From Oopsacas minuta (taxonomy: Eukaryota > Animalia > Porifera): DNA of 64,000 nucleotides. The stretch lies in contig JAKMXF010000329.1 in assembly GCA_024704765.1 (NCBI GenBank), forward strand, positions 243,450 through 307,449, read 5' to 3'. The notes beneath the pieces were generated by a model. That model was not told the DNA's origin. It saw only the letters and a program-made list of their open reading frames with translations, and made no database searches. Shown piece after piece: positions 11,309-24,529 of the stretch (positions within the stretch are counted from its first letter, which is position 1; every line of letters begins with the position of its first letter). A program made the position numbers and the translations under genes.

Positions 11309-13879
11309 GGGGTCCGACAAAACGTTCCACGACATTTCGCTCCACTTTTGATAGGTCAATTTAAGTTAATAATTTAACAGGTTCTAAATGGCTAAATAAT
11401 TGAACTAATTTCTTGCCTGAATTCGTTTGGTTAATTCTAACTTAAATATAATTGGTTTACCAATTGCTTTGCATAATTTGTTAAATAGATTAACTAAGTA
11501 GCCTGTATAGATTCATTTAGATTGTTCTCGAAAATATACATAGTTTATTATTAGAGGATGACATATATAATTACGTAGTAGTTATTACAAACTGGTATAG
11601 CTTCAAGAGCAGTTGACTAGATCTTATTGCATTTGTTTCAATCAATTTTAGCGTCCTAGCGGATTCAGTGAGTGCTAAAACCTGTTTTTCGGAGCTCGCT
11701 TCTTTGAGCTTCTTTTGTCCCGGTTGAATTCCAAATTTCCAATATGCATTAACATTAATTTATTTCAGAATTACAGACACCCCATAATTCTGACTTCCAG
11801 CCATTTATTAGTACCATATTATATTGATAACCCCAAAATCACGGCCATTTACCTGAATCCAAGGGTGACCGTAATTCAGATGTTCCACTGTATATATATA
11901 TATGTGTGTGTGCGTTCACTTGAAATTACTTCCTTGTTCACACCTTTGGACTTTGGAGGGGTTAAGGCCAGATTTGGCATGTATACTCGCAATGAGATCT
12001 CGATGGCACAGTTATCGAAGTGCTGTGCAGCACGCCCTGTGTTGGTTTTGCCCCTGTTGACTAAAACACTGTTTATTGATTATATATGTATACCGCCCAC
12101 CGGAACCACATACGATGCAACAAAGCTGCGTATTGTAATGTTTGCTTTATTTATGTTTGCAATATTTTATATAAACGAGGGAGTTCCGCTTGCGGTTTAC
12201 GATCACGCTATTAGGGGGGAACCAGGCCTGACTTAGCCAATGTACAGATGGCCAATTAGAAATGTTTTAAGTTTATATTTCATTGCATTTGTCGAGATTA
12301 GTGAGCCAAAGCTCTTTATAAATCCTAGTTTCCGGTTAAAAATGACTACTTGTATTATTAATAAGTAACTTGCATGAAATATACTTAATTAATTAAACAT
12401 TTATCTAATAACAAATAGGAAACTAAACAAAACAAATAGAAACTAAAAAACTAAACTATATTCTACTTGGGTGCAGCTACCACATCTCTACCACTGTCCA
12501 CTTCAATTGGTAGCTGCACCGTCAGGAATTAGGAAGAAATCCGGAGAGAGGAGATTTGACACATTGGCATGGAGAGAGAGGGAAAGAAAAAGCAAGGGTT
12601 CATACGAAGGGAATGGAGATAGTGAAGCGTACGAATGGGCATCTGCATGCACCTGATGTGCAGGCTACTGCTTGTTGTGAGATAAATTCCGGCATCAAGA
12701 GGAAAGCACGGGACACACAGGATAGCTCACACCACATAATCGGTGAGGGTATGCTAACACATGACCAGTCTTCATAGGATCGTCTCCTGCTCGGAATCCA
12801 TGCACCACATACACCTGGGCGAAGAGGGGAGGCGCCGTCTTGAAGGTGCCATCAGGTAGCCAAGTTTTGCTTTGCTGTAGCATCCCGAGGTTGCGTTGTG
12901 TCCCGAAGATGAGGAATCTATGTGCATCGTCTTTCCCAATGTCATAGAGTAGGAACTATTCCCCCTTGGCTGTCCGCTGGTATTCTGCAGGTAGAACCAA
13001 CTCAGCTAGGGCGGTAAGCTGCACTGGAGCTGATAATACACTTGCACGCTGACGCTGTATCGTCCGCTTCAGGCTGTCCAGCTTAGGTAGTTTAGCAGCA
13101 GCAGCAGTACCCTCTGATGCTGTTAGCATACCCTCACCGATTATGTGGTGTGAGCTATCCTGTGTGTCCATTGCTTTCCTCTTGATGCCGGCCTTTATCT
13201 CACAGCAGGCCGTAGCCTGCACATCAGGTGTAGCAGATGCTCATTCATTCGTACGCTTCACTATCTCCCTTCGTATGAACCCTTGCTTTACACTCTCCTC
13301 TCTGCTCACACTGCCAACGTGTCATTTCTGCAACTCTCCTGTGCATCAAATATAGGTATCCTCCTTCTAGTGGCTTTTCTCCTCCCTTGTATGTACTGAT
13401 CAACCGGAAGGAGGGCTGATCAGGATCCATTGAGGATAGAAGAGTTGTTTAAATGAATACAAAAATGTAGCAAAATAGTATCTTTGCTGATAATGCAAGC
13501 TGAAAATAATACAGTTGCAACATTTAAATAGAACTACACAGGTGACTTTCCATGTTTACTGGCAAACACAAATAAATTTCGCATCTTCTCCATCAATGGA
13601 ATTAATTACTACGTGTGCATTCCCAATATAAATTCGTTACCTTTACTATAAATCATCTTACCTCACTTTGCTCAGACAGAACTTCCATGTTTGGGTTTAC
13701 GATATCAATACTGTAACATTAGATTCTTCTGAAATCATTAATCCCAAATTAATTGATTATATTTGCAATATTATTTTGTCATATAAAACCTGTTAAATTA
13801 TTAACAAAAAAAATTGACCAATCAAAAGTGGAGCGAAATGTCGCTGGAACAAAATGTCTGGAACGTTTTGTCGGTATCC
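11309..13879 (-). mobile_element. FLYWCH-MULE (Mutator-like) element C nested in A
   Basis: TIRs GG(GG/AT)(T/A)CCGACAAAACGTTCC...CGACATTTCGCTCCACTTTTGAT.GGTCAATTT at both ends; TSD AATCAGAGAT (11299-11308) / GATCAGAGAT (13880-13889); minus-strand FLYWCH (GYLYLMHR..RWQCEQRGECKARVHT) and DGTFKTAPPLFAQVYVVHG; transposase truncated. Confidence 0.9.
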
Positions 13880-14601
13880 GATCAGAGATGGTTTTCATTA
13901 TATTTTAACCGGCAGATTAAAAACCGATCCATTGGAAAGGCGTTTCTCCCAATATCGACATATAAGTGGCGGTCGTTTTCTCGTGTGTTTGACCTAGATA
14001 CTCCTACCTGAAAAGATAATAACCTAGCAAATCCTTCTTAGACGTGATATTGATTTTAGTGAACTGACAGTGTCTCTAACTGATGAAATACAAAAACTAA
14101 CTCTGGATTTTTAAGCACTTTACCAACGGAATCTATTGACTTACTCTATCGGAAAATTCGAAGCATACAGTTGCTTATATATCAGGGTACATTTTTCGTT
14201 CTCTTCTACAACCCAGCAACTGTGAAGCTTGTTTTTAACATCTTCAGAGCGATCAGATGACTAATTCATATATTGATATTCTAAATGGAGGAGGACTCCA
14301 GTTACTATCAATACACCTATTACAGTACGTAGAAACTGCATTTTGTATATTTGAATCATTTGAATCTCGTATTCTAGCAACTAAATTACGAACTGAAATT
14401 GCAAGGCTCCACCTACTTAAACAAATATCTTTTGAATGGGATTCTGGTTTTGTTTACGATTTGCATTCTACTGATTGTTGTAATGAAGTTCTTTCGACTA
14501 TTACAAATCTCTACCTTAATGGACTTTCCAAAGAAGTAAGTGAAACTAGTAGAAAGTCTCAAGTCGATTCATTTAAAACCAAGAAACGCAAACTAGATTG
14601 A
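13880..14601 (+). pseudogene. Element A transposase, part 3 (C-terminus)
   Basis: DGFHYILTGRLKTDPLERRFSQYRHISGGRFLV...VAYISGYI...GGGLQL...KKRKLD*. Confidence 0.85.
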
Positions 14602-15371
14602 TTATGTATTTTGCTATCATAGTTTAAGTATGCTTGGTTAATTGTATCAATTCGATTAATTGGCTATTTTATTGTATGGATAAAGACTTAGCACATAACA
14701 TCAATTTGTTAAATTCAAATATACATTATGGTAGTCGTATATGCACATGCATATAGTATATATAGTATGTATATACGTTATTTCTTGATGTTGCTGACGT
14801 CATCATTAAATAGCGCCTAAACCACAACACTGAGGACTTCAAAAATCTTCCAATTGGATTCACCATACCTGATTACCCCATATTAAGCGAAATTTGTAGC
14901 TTTAAAAATGGATGTTTTCCCTCTGGCGAAATGTAACAACTGGTCTCTCACTGTAATTAGTTCCTCCGGTGGTTCCTATCTGTATTATAGAGTACGTAGT
15001 CTATGATACATGTTAGTTTGTTCTGAATTGATGCAAGAAACTGGAAGACCTACAAGACTAAAAGGCATAAAGGAGTTATTTTGGACCTGGCTCGGACATA
15101 GACGAAATCATGACGTATTGTCAACTTTTTGATCATCTAAATTTCAGATTTTTGAAATTGAATCAAAAGTATCACTCTATTTAACGCATCTCCTGATTTC
15201 ATGATTTAAACCAGATGCAAGCTCATAATGGGATTATTATGTGATTGTACTATAGACCCCATTAAATATGGACTGTAGGCGCTTGAACTCAAGTTTGAAA
15301 CTTGGGACCAATGGAATATATTTGAAGTTCTATATTCCAAAAGTGTCTCCTTTTTGTCCGAATAAATGTAT

Positions 15372-16350
15372 TACTTGGGGCATTCAATATGTTCCAGACC
15401 CATTACTCTAATATCATAGATAAGATTATAATTAAATATAATATTTCATGGTATGCTCGAAATATTCGCCCTTATGCAAGACACATAGCTTTAACCTTTC
15501 TATCCACATCAGAAATGTATTTTTGAACTCTTCTTCGGGTATGTATTTAAGGGTCTTATGAAACTCATATCCGAGTGCAAGTCTTGTGTTCAAGACCTTG
15601 CCTGCCAAGTGCTTTTTGATCAAACTGAAAAGCCAAAAAATCACATGGCGATAGATCAGGGCTATATGGAGGATGGGGCAACTCAACCATTCCCATTTCA
15701 CTCAGCATTTCACCGACAAACTTGGATTCGTGAGGTCTGGCATTGTCGTGCAATATTCGGATCCCTTTGGCTCCACGACTTGGTCTCTTCGAATAGTAAT
15801 GACTCTACCTCCGTCTAATATTCCTCTGTGTAAATGTTTCGGTCATTGTACGCTTCTTTGGGACACAAATGTAAGCTACTGTACCATGCGCATCAAAGAA
15901 TATACGGTATAGAACCTCAATTGCACGGAAGTCTGACTGGGATTAGTGCTTGGGGTAGGACCTTTAGGGAGACACATTTTGCTCTGTTCTTTTCTCAGAA
16001 GCTCAGCATGTTTAATCCAGGTCTCATCACCAGTGCAGACCTCAGCTAACCTGCGATAGTCAGCATACTGATACAATTTCAATATCCTTCGCACAAGAGA
16101 GGCGGGCACTTTTCTGATTCCCTGTGTGAATATGCGGCGTCAATCTGGAAGAAATCATCTATATTCAAGATGGTTGATCAAAATGTCATCAACACTTCCC
16201 GTTGAGATATCGAGATATAGGGCTATCTTAGAGATAGTTAAGTGGGATCGTCATCTACAATATTCTTGACCATATGATGTTATGTGGCGTGATAACGGAA
16301 ATTGGGCGTCCAGACTAAAAATGACGTGTTCTATGTTGTACGCATTTATG
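15372..16350 (-). mobile_element. Decayed mariner (DD34D), one TIR visible
   Basis: TACTTGGGGCATTCAA end at 15372, resembling the 409 TIR; CTGDETWI, HDNARPH, HPPYSPDLSPCDF in ORFs 15876-16109 and 15565-15753; start boundary approximate. Confidence 0.85.
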
Positions 16351-18990
16351 GTCCCATTCAAATTAGGACATAGTGAGTAGAGATATCATATCAAAATGTA
16401 TTTTTAGTCTATAGGAAGTCGGGTAAATACTAAGTATTAGAATTACTTATTGGGAGAAAACATATAAAACGCTTGATGAGTTTTTATTATTAAATGTGCC
16501 ATCCATGATACATCATGAATTTACAAATTCTATGATGTCAAATTTATATATTTTAAATAAAAATATTATTATATCATTGACTATGGATTGCGAAATCAAA
16601 TCTTAGTATTTATCGTTCTACGGTGTTTCAATGATACATCCACGCGCAATAATGCTTACTACGGACAAATTTTCATACATATCAACATATTTTGAATTTG
16701 GAATTGATGAAATATATTTCTAGATATAAGTAATACATATCTGACAAAAAGGTGGCACTTTTGAAATACAGTACTTCAAATATATGATAATGGAACAAAG
16801 TTTCAAGACGCTAGTTCGAGCGCCTATACTCCATATTTAAAGGAGTATCTACATTGTATAAACATTTATGAAGATTAGATAATAATCGAGACACTTAGTG
16901 CCGAGGTTAATATTGCAAACCTACTTGGTTGCTTGGATTCACGACAAGGGGGCTTAACACTTACTTTTGGATGTACCATGGATGAAAAATATATAATTTT
17001 TCGCTATCTTTGTCTTGACAGTGCACGTAGTGCTGAGTATCCTCCGTCGAGCAGCGACAAAACACTAAGATAATTATTCGTAGATTCCCCCCACTGAGGG
17101 CGCTAGTCAACTATAAATTGGAAATACTGATTTGGCAATAATTTTCACAATTATATTGATATAATTGAATTTCTTAAGACTCAACTGTAACTCAAGAACG
17201 AGCCAGCTTTTGATTAAATATGTTGTGTTAGTACTAAAATTCTATTTATTATTTTAGATTATAACTTTGAAATTAATAAAGCAAAATTTTCGTCCTCTAA
17301 GGTGTGTCAAAGAAAGGCATATTTTTAACGATAATGCTTATTAGATACATATTATAGCAGATTAATGAAAAGTTCATATATAATACTTGATTTGTTGTTG
17401 TTGTTCCACAAATGTACAATATATATATTTAGCAAATCCACAATTTTCTGCAATATAGAGAATATTTTGTCCGTTGGTATATCGGCCAACTTGTCACTAG
17501 TAACTAAACTACAAGTCACTGTTAGACCATATATGGGAACGCGGGATTAGTTCTAATTTTCTTTTGTAGACGTTAGTTCTACTTTTTAATTTGTAAGCAT
17601 TAGTTCTACTCGGAAAATTAGCAGTGCTTCTACTATTTAATTATGATTGTAGAGCTATGTTAAAATAATCTAAACTTGACTGTTTTAATGAGAATACCAA
17701 TGAGTAAACAAATCAGAGAAATAAACGTATGAAAAAATGAAGGAAATAATGAGTGGAAGTGACGTTGTATGCATAAAACTAATGAAAGAAATGACCTAAT
17801 TTACGTAGATATGAAACTTTCAGTGATGTGAGTCTGACAAGTTGGGCTATTCTCGACCGTTTCCATAATTGTGTTGGTACAATGGGTACAGCAATTTGCA
17901 TGTTTATAATCCTATTTCTACATTATTAGACACATAGACGGGACAGTTCACTTTTTAGAACGTTTTAGCGGGATATAAATCTCATCAGCCATCATATGTC
18001 CTAAAAGCAGGACTTCCCACGTTAAACGCGACAGTTGGAAAATATGAATTGTTGTACAATTTCTCAATTATATACGAGAGTACCAATTGAAAATAAGCTA
18101 ATGGGTTAATTACTAACATTAGTGAAACGCAAATAGTATTTTAAAACTGCATGTCTCTTCTACTCACATTTTACGACTTTTATCAAATATGGAATATAAC
18201 TTGGGTGAATATCAGTGAGGAGGTAAGGTTTTCGTTACTTCTGATGGATTCAAATATTTTTCAAACAGAACTAATTTAAATTGTGTCCATTTAAGATGTG
18301 TTCTATTTAAGAAAGGATGTAAGAGAACAGCTAATTGAATACAGACATTAATCTAATCTATCCTAAATCAGAACTCAACCATCAAATAGAAGATTATGAA
18401 TCTGAAAGTTTTGCATTAAATACAAATGCAGGATAATGGCAAACAATTCTCTGTCTAGCCTTCGTGAAATCTTCAATGAAGTGACTAGGTTCGATCCTTC
18501 GGCTCACCTAGTCACTTTTAAAGGATGCGAATCAATGATGTTTAGGGCAAGAAGAGCAATAAAACCAACAATTCCTAAAACAGCGACAGAATTTTGTGAT
18601 CAGCTGCCAGCAACTAATTTCGCTATTCATTTGAAGGCTATTGTCATACTACATAAGCGCATTGCAGTGGTTTATTCTCTGAAAAACATATACGATATAT
18701 TGGGAGATATATACGATATCCAGATTAATGGGACATTTTATGTTATGCCACGATTATTCTTTCAACTATTTACCATCTTTCTCTCAACTGGAAGACACAG
18801 TATCCCAGTTATCCATTGTTTGATGACGCATAAGGACGAGGAATTTACACTGCATTTGTCCTAAAAATAAAGGAACTCCTCCCTCAACTTCAGCCGAACA
18901 ATTCTATGTCTGATTGGGAAAGAGCATCTCGTAAAGCATTCAAGCACGTGTATCCTGAAACAAGAATATACGGAGGTTGGTTTCACTATA

Positions 18991-20324
18991 CAGGGCGTTA
19001 AGAAATTGATGTCCCTTTTTATAACCCCGCTATTCTCTGGTTTAATATAAATAGATATGGTATTACTTTCCTATGTAATCTCCATGCAGTTTTAGACATT
19101 TCCTAATTCGACCAGGCATCCCAGCTATGAGTCTTTCTAGTGTCTCCGGGTGAGATTTCCTTTCAGGCCAAATTTAACTGTTTTTCTAAAACTTTTAGGT
19201 TGGTTGCGCGCTCCATTGCATCCAGCTTGGTTTGCAAAATAACCCGGAGGTTTTCGATAGGATTTAAGTCTGGTGAGTTCGGAGGCCATATTTCTTTTGT
19301 CCAAAAACCTGTCATATTGTTTTTCAACCACTCCTGGCTTCTTTTGGAAGTATGTGCCGGGGCTCCATCTTGTTGAAAAATTGCTTGGGACCTATCTGGC
19401 AACAATTTTCTCTCTAGGATCGTCCCTGAATCTCTCGTTCGAAGTAAGCTGGATGTTAGAGACTGTTTCAATATGACTTCCACATAATCGTCTGATGTCA
19501 CAGTTTGTTTTTGGGGGATTATATGGAGGTCAGAGAGTCCTTGGGATGACATCACACCCCATACCATGATTTCTCCAGGGTATTTCACTTTTTCAGAGGG
19601 AGGGACATCAACCCTGGATTGCGCCCATACATCGTCGTTTTGCTTATTCGGAGTGTGGAATAGCTCAAAAGAGGACTCATCTGAGAATAAGACTCTTTTC
19701 CAGGTGTTAATTGACCAATCCTTCCTTTCATTGCAGAATTTTAGTCGAGCTGTCCTCTGTTTTTCTGTCAATTTTGGTTGAACCTGAGGTTTGTACGATC
19801 GAACATTGTGATTTTTACGTAAGTACGAGTGTATTGTCACATGAGAGATAGAAAACCCCTTAGATTGGAGATTCTTGGAGATATATCGTATAGACTTCAT
19901 CTTTTTACCGATTGTCTTAGCAATTACCACTTTAGGTACCATAGTGACGGACGTTTTCTTTCCACGGCCCTTCCTGTTCTGTAGAGACTAACTGGCCTTG
20001 AACCTTAGTAACCAGCGTCGAATGGTACGGATAGATACACCTACAACTTTAGCAACCTGATGAATCAACATACCCGCTTCTATCAAGGAAACTGCACGTG
20101 TACGGGTATTTGGAGTCGCTTCTTTAACCATATCAATTTCTAGTATATTTTAGAGAGGAATATTTGAAAATAGTGTATTTTGAGTAGAGAGAGTTTTAGA
20201 AATTAACTGAATCTAATAGTTAAAGTAATTTTGAGTATGATTATAGAGTTAAAACGTGATTAATCAAGTGAAATTGTGGCTCTATTTGATTTCCAAAAGG
20301 GGACATCAATTTCTTAACACCCTG
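18991..20324 (-). mobile_element. Tc1-like transposon with DD37E spacing, nested in D
   Basis: TIRs CAGGGCGTTAAGAAATTGATGTCCCTTTT / AAAAGGGGACATCAATTTCTTAACACCCTG; TA TSD on both sides; transposase 20131-19063 (VLFSDESSF, FQQDGAPAH, WPPNSPDLNPIE) with two stops and a frameshift; splits MULE codons WFH-Y-T. Confidence 0.93.
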
Positions 20325-21207
20325 TACACAGGCAATTTGGAATCATATCCAAAAATTTGGATTGGCCCAAAGTTATCGAAATGTACCAGAACTAGCTATT
20401 TTTGTAAGGCAAATAATGGCTATTCCTTCCTTACCTGCCGACTTAATTCAATCAACGAATTCTTGCCTCCAAATTCCAATTTTCAGCAAATCGAGAAGAG
20501 CAAACTAGATTTTATTAAATACTTCAACAAATATTGGCTAACTAAAATTCAACCAAATGAATTATCAATTTTAGATTTGGAAAACAATACCAATAATGGA
20601 GCAGAAAGCTACCATGCTAGATTGAAGTGTCTATTTATATCGAGTCACCCAAGGATTTGGAACTTCATAAAGAATCTGAATAATATAATAGCTGATTATG
20701 ACAACGAGATATCCCGATTATTGCATAGAAATGAGATCACTAGGTCCAGAAAAAAGGATGTTAGGCTCAACTTTGAGCATCGTAATGAATGCAAAAAAAA
20801 ACTCGTGAGTGGCATTTGTATTCCATGGGAATACCTTAGGCGGATTTCGAGGTAATTAAAAGACACCCTCTCTCTACATTATTCATGCGTAATTTGCGTT
20901 TCTGATGATTCAGAAGATGAAAATGATCAGGAAGATCCGCTGATACAACCATATACCCAAAATATCTGCGCGATATGCCTTGCACCACGAGATGCTATTT
21001 GGTTGTTCTTTCCATGCAAACGTGCAAATTGCTGCACTCATTACACCAACACAATTATGGAAACGGTTAAGAATAGCCCAACCTGTCGGACTCACATCAC
21101 TGAAAAGGTTCAAATCTACGTAAATTTAGTCATTTCTTTCATTTAGTTTTATAAATGCAACGTCACTTCCACTCATTATTTCCTTCTTTTTTTCATACTT
21201 ATATTTC

Positions 21208-23356
21208 CAGGGTTGTTTGATTTAAATTATTTGATTTAAATCACTTCAAAAATCAAAATGATGATTTTTGATTTATTTAAATTTTGACACTTCGCTAATA
21301 GTGTCATGTTTTCAGAGAACAATAGAATGGTGCTTTTGTTTTCAATAGATTGAAGCCATTACTAAATCATAATAATGGTTACAATCTATTGAAGTCATTA
21401 CTATGATGTATTGCATATAAATATGGAATCCTATGCATGTGAATGCGTAATCATTATGACTGGACGAAAGAGTGACTACGTATGGAAGTATTTTGATCCA
21501 AAAAAAGAAGTTGGCACAGCAGGGTGTCGTGCAACATGCCTAAAGTATGGGAAGGAGATGTAAGGACTAGTTTCTAGGTTAAAGCAATATTATAATGTGT
21601 GTGCTGAATTTATCGACCCCACTGATGATGAATGGTGCATTTTGAATCCGGAAATCCAAGCTCTTTCCCAGAGGAAATGTAGTGTGACAGATATAAGATT
21701 AGTATCACAAGCAAAGAACAGAAATCCGTCATGTCAAGTATGACTAACTTTGTTGTGCAAACATCAACAACTGAAAAAGCTGCCATTGATCTCTAAATAG
21801 CACGGTTTGTTTGTGCAACTAACTCACCTTCACTATAGTTGAACATCCTGAATTTTTAAAGTTAATGGCAATGCTTCGTCCTGGATACCATCTCCTAATC
21901 GACACAATGTTGGTAATGAACTACTCGACGAGCTTTATGTTACTATGCAATCACAGTGCAAGGAACAACTTGACGAAAAAAATGTATCCATGATGTTAGA
22001 CGGATGGAGTAATATCTATAACGATCCAGTTGTCTGCGTGTCAGTGACAACATCCGATGGGGGCAGTTATCTTACCGAAACAGTATATACATCAGGCCAT
22101 GCACACACTGCTGAATATCTACAAGTGGCCACGTCTGCTATTATATCGACTGAACAGAGATACAGTTGTAAAGTAGGTACCTTTGTCACGGACAACGCAT
22201 AAAACATGGTCAAAATGCGGCAACAACTGGCATCTGATGGTGTTACTACCGATACAAACATCATATCCTATGGTTGTTCTGCTCACTATCTTAATCTATT
22301 GGCCAAAGATATTGAAATACCGGGCGTGAAGGAACACATTGTTCAGATCGTGAAACATTTTAGGAACTCCCATCTCCCAGCTGCATGGTACAAATTTGCT
22401 GGCGGAAAGAAACTAGTACTACCACAAGAAGTTCGCTGGAACACTATCACGGATTCTCTGCAATGCTATTTGGAAAACTGGACAATGATCCTCAAAGTGT
22501 GCGAGGAACACCGCGACACTATTAACGGTACGATCGCCATGAAAGTGCGAAAATATTAACATCATCCATATCTCTCTTCAGTGCTTTCCAAACTTCAACA
22601 GCATCACTCAGTTTGCAACTGTCGCTATGCACTTTATCAAGAGCGACAGCGATTGGCTTCATCCGTTTTAGATAGTCCTCAGCATTTCTCTTTCATTAAT
22701 GCCCTCTGTTGTTACTCATAAAGTACAGGACCGCTGCAAACGAGCGCTAACCGCTGCCCATTACTTAGCTAACTTAATGGATCCAAGATACAGGGGTATA
22801 AATTTGTCAAAAGACGAGGTTGATGCAGGACTAGAATTATGCAGCCTGGATTATACATCATGTTTGCCTACTGTGATCAACTTCAGGGCTGTAGCTGGTC
22901 CATTCAAGTCATTCATGTTTACAGAAGAAGTTTTAAAAGCTATCTCTCCCCTTACATGGTGGGAGTCTCAGAAAAGCACCCTGGAAAGCGATGTTATAGT
23001 ACTTTGTCGCAAGATACTTGGAGGAGTAGCATCAAGTGCTGGAGTAGAGCGAATTTTTTCAACCTTTGGTTTTGTTCACTCCAAAGTGAGGAACAGGTTG
23101 GGAAGGGTTAAAGCTGGAAAGCTTGTATTTTTATACAAGCTCCTTAATACGCATAAATAATCTATTGCCAAGTTAATTTTTCGATAATTATATAATTATC
23201 AATTAATTAAAAAGTTATATTCTTACTGTTACATTAAAGAGTATTGTAGTTAGCAGTTTGTATGTTTCATTAAATCCAGCATTCAAATAATATTAAAAGT
23301 GTGTTTAAATTAAATATCTGATGTAAATCAAAAAAATCATGATATTTCCAACCCTG
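21208..23356 (+). mobile_element. hAT transposon (BED finger to hAT dimerisation domain) nested in the right TIR of D
   Basis: Termini CAGGGTTG / CAACCCTG; perfect 8-bp TSD TATATTTC (21200-21207 and 23357-23364); broken ORF 21456-23160 with VWKYF, LDGWSN, YGCSAHYLNLL, VRWNT, WWESQK...SSAGVERIFS. Confidence 0.95.
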
Positions 23357-24529
23357 TATATTTCTCTAATTTTGTTTACTCATTGGTATTCTCATTAAAA
23401 CAGTCAAGTTTAGATTATTTTAATACAGCTCTACAATCATAATTAAAGAGTAGAAGCACTGCCAATTTTCCGGGTAGATCTAATGCATGCGCCTTCATAT
23501 ATATAGTAGGCAATTGCGTTACCTAGAGGTCGCAACAGGCCTATGCTTAGGCCCAATCACAGACCGAAATCTTTATCACTACAGGCAGAATCACATAGAA
23601 TAATGGATAAAATTCGATTATTGTTCAAAATGGTGATGACAAAACACAATGAAGCAGTTGAGATACAAATGTATAGATAATTTGGCAGGTATATATTGGA
23701 AGTTAGCATTTGCAGCACTTAATCTTATCCTATTTCGTCTCTGGATAAATATTTCAGTCAGAATTTTAGGTCATCTTTTCCCGGTGTAGATGGAAACCAT
23801 AGTCACAGATATAAGCACAAGAATCTACGGATATATGTTTTGTTAACAAACTACTGCTTGGGATAAACCAAGGATAATACAGAGGGAGTTTAACTAGAAA
23901 TTATTTAAATCAAATTTGGGCTTAGGGAAATGAAAATAGGGCCAGCGTTTCAAACAGGACTTTTATCAGGCGCCCAAATTGGGATTGAACGAGGCCTCTA
24001 TCGGATTGTATTAGCTCTTGCATATAGAAAAGCAACAAAATAGAGATATTCAAAGAGCGTCATTTAACAGGTTAAGCGCATTAAATGACATAACGCGCTT
24101 TGGAGGAAAATCTGGATGACCCTAAAGACATCAGTGCCTAGGGGTCACTTAAGTGGTTAATATATCACTGTGGCTGGTACTAATCAGGTGAGAAAATAAC
24201 ACCATGAAATTAACGCGATTCGGAGAACTTTAGATATAATGCACTGGTATAAAACATAACACTATATTAAATTGAACTTTTGAAAATCGCGTTAACTTCC
24301 CATAATGAGGATAACACGAACCCACTTTCAATAAAATCCAAAGAAACGGTATATATTTGGTTTACCAATATGTATCATCAGCCGAGATAAAAAGACCCTC
24401 AAACTAGTCCAATCCAATCCAATATACAGCCATGATCAAAATTCATTTTCACCTAATGTGTGTGATAACATTAAAAATAAGCCTTCAGGTAATGGCATGG
24501 ACGCTGTACAAGGTACGTACCTACGTACG

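Larger units (their letters stand above)
5268..15005 (+). mobile_element. P-element-like (THAP9-type) transposon A, interrupted by nested insertions
   Basis: ~235-bp imperfect TIRs beginning CATAGACT (5268-~5500) and ending AGTCTATG (~14770-15005); transposase recoverable in three collinear pieces; no clean TSD. Confidence 0.85.
17597..23486 (+). mobile_element. MULE element D with ~310-bp TIRs, FLYWCH-like N-terminus and C-terminal RING finger; hosts two nested elements
   Basis: Left TIR 17597-17905 is the reverse complement of 21018-21207 plus 23365-23486. Transposase pieces ~18200-18990 and 20327-21125: NGTFYVMPRLFFQLFTI, SDWERASRKAF..VYP....GGWFHYT(Q)AIW, NTNNGAESYH, then CAICL...PCKRANCC...PTCR. 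Confidence 0.85.

Noticed and set aside
11715-12236. 173-aa ORF as a real gene
   Set aside because: It starts at a non-ATG codon, runs through a (TA)n(TG)n microsatellite and a TIR-like fragment inside MULE C, and shows no motif.
5260-15013. Target-site duplication for P-like element A
   Set aside because: The flanks ATCTACAT and ATACATGT do not match as 7-8-bp direct repeats; only an offset TACAT is shared.
17085-17110. Helitron 3' end (hairpin plus CTAG)
   Set aside because: The stem is too short and there is no linked Helitron sequence; similar weak candidates at ~2475-2500 and ~38850 were also dropped.
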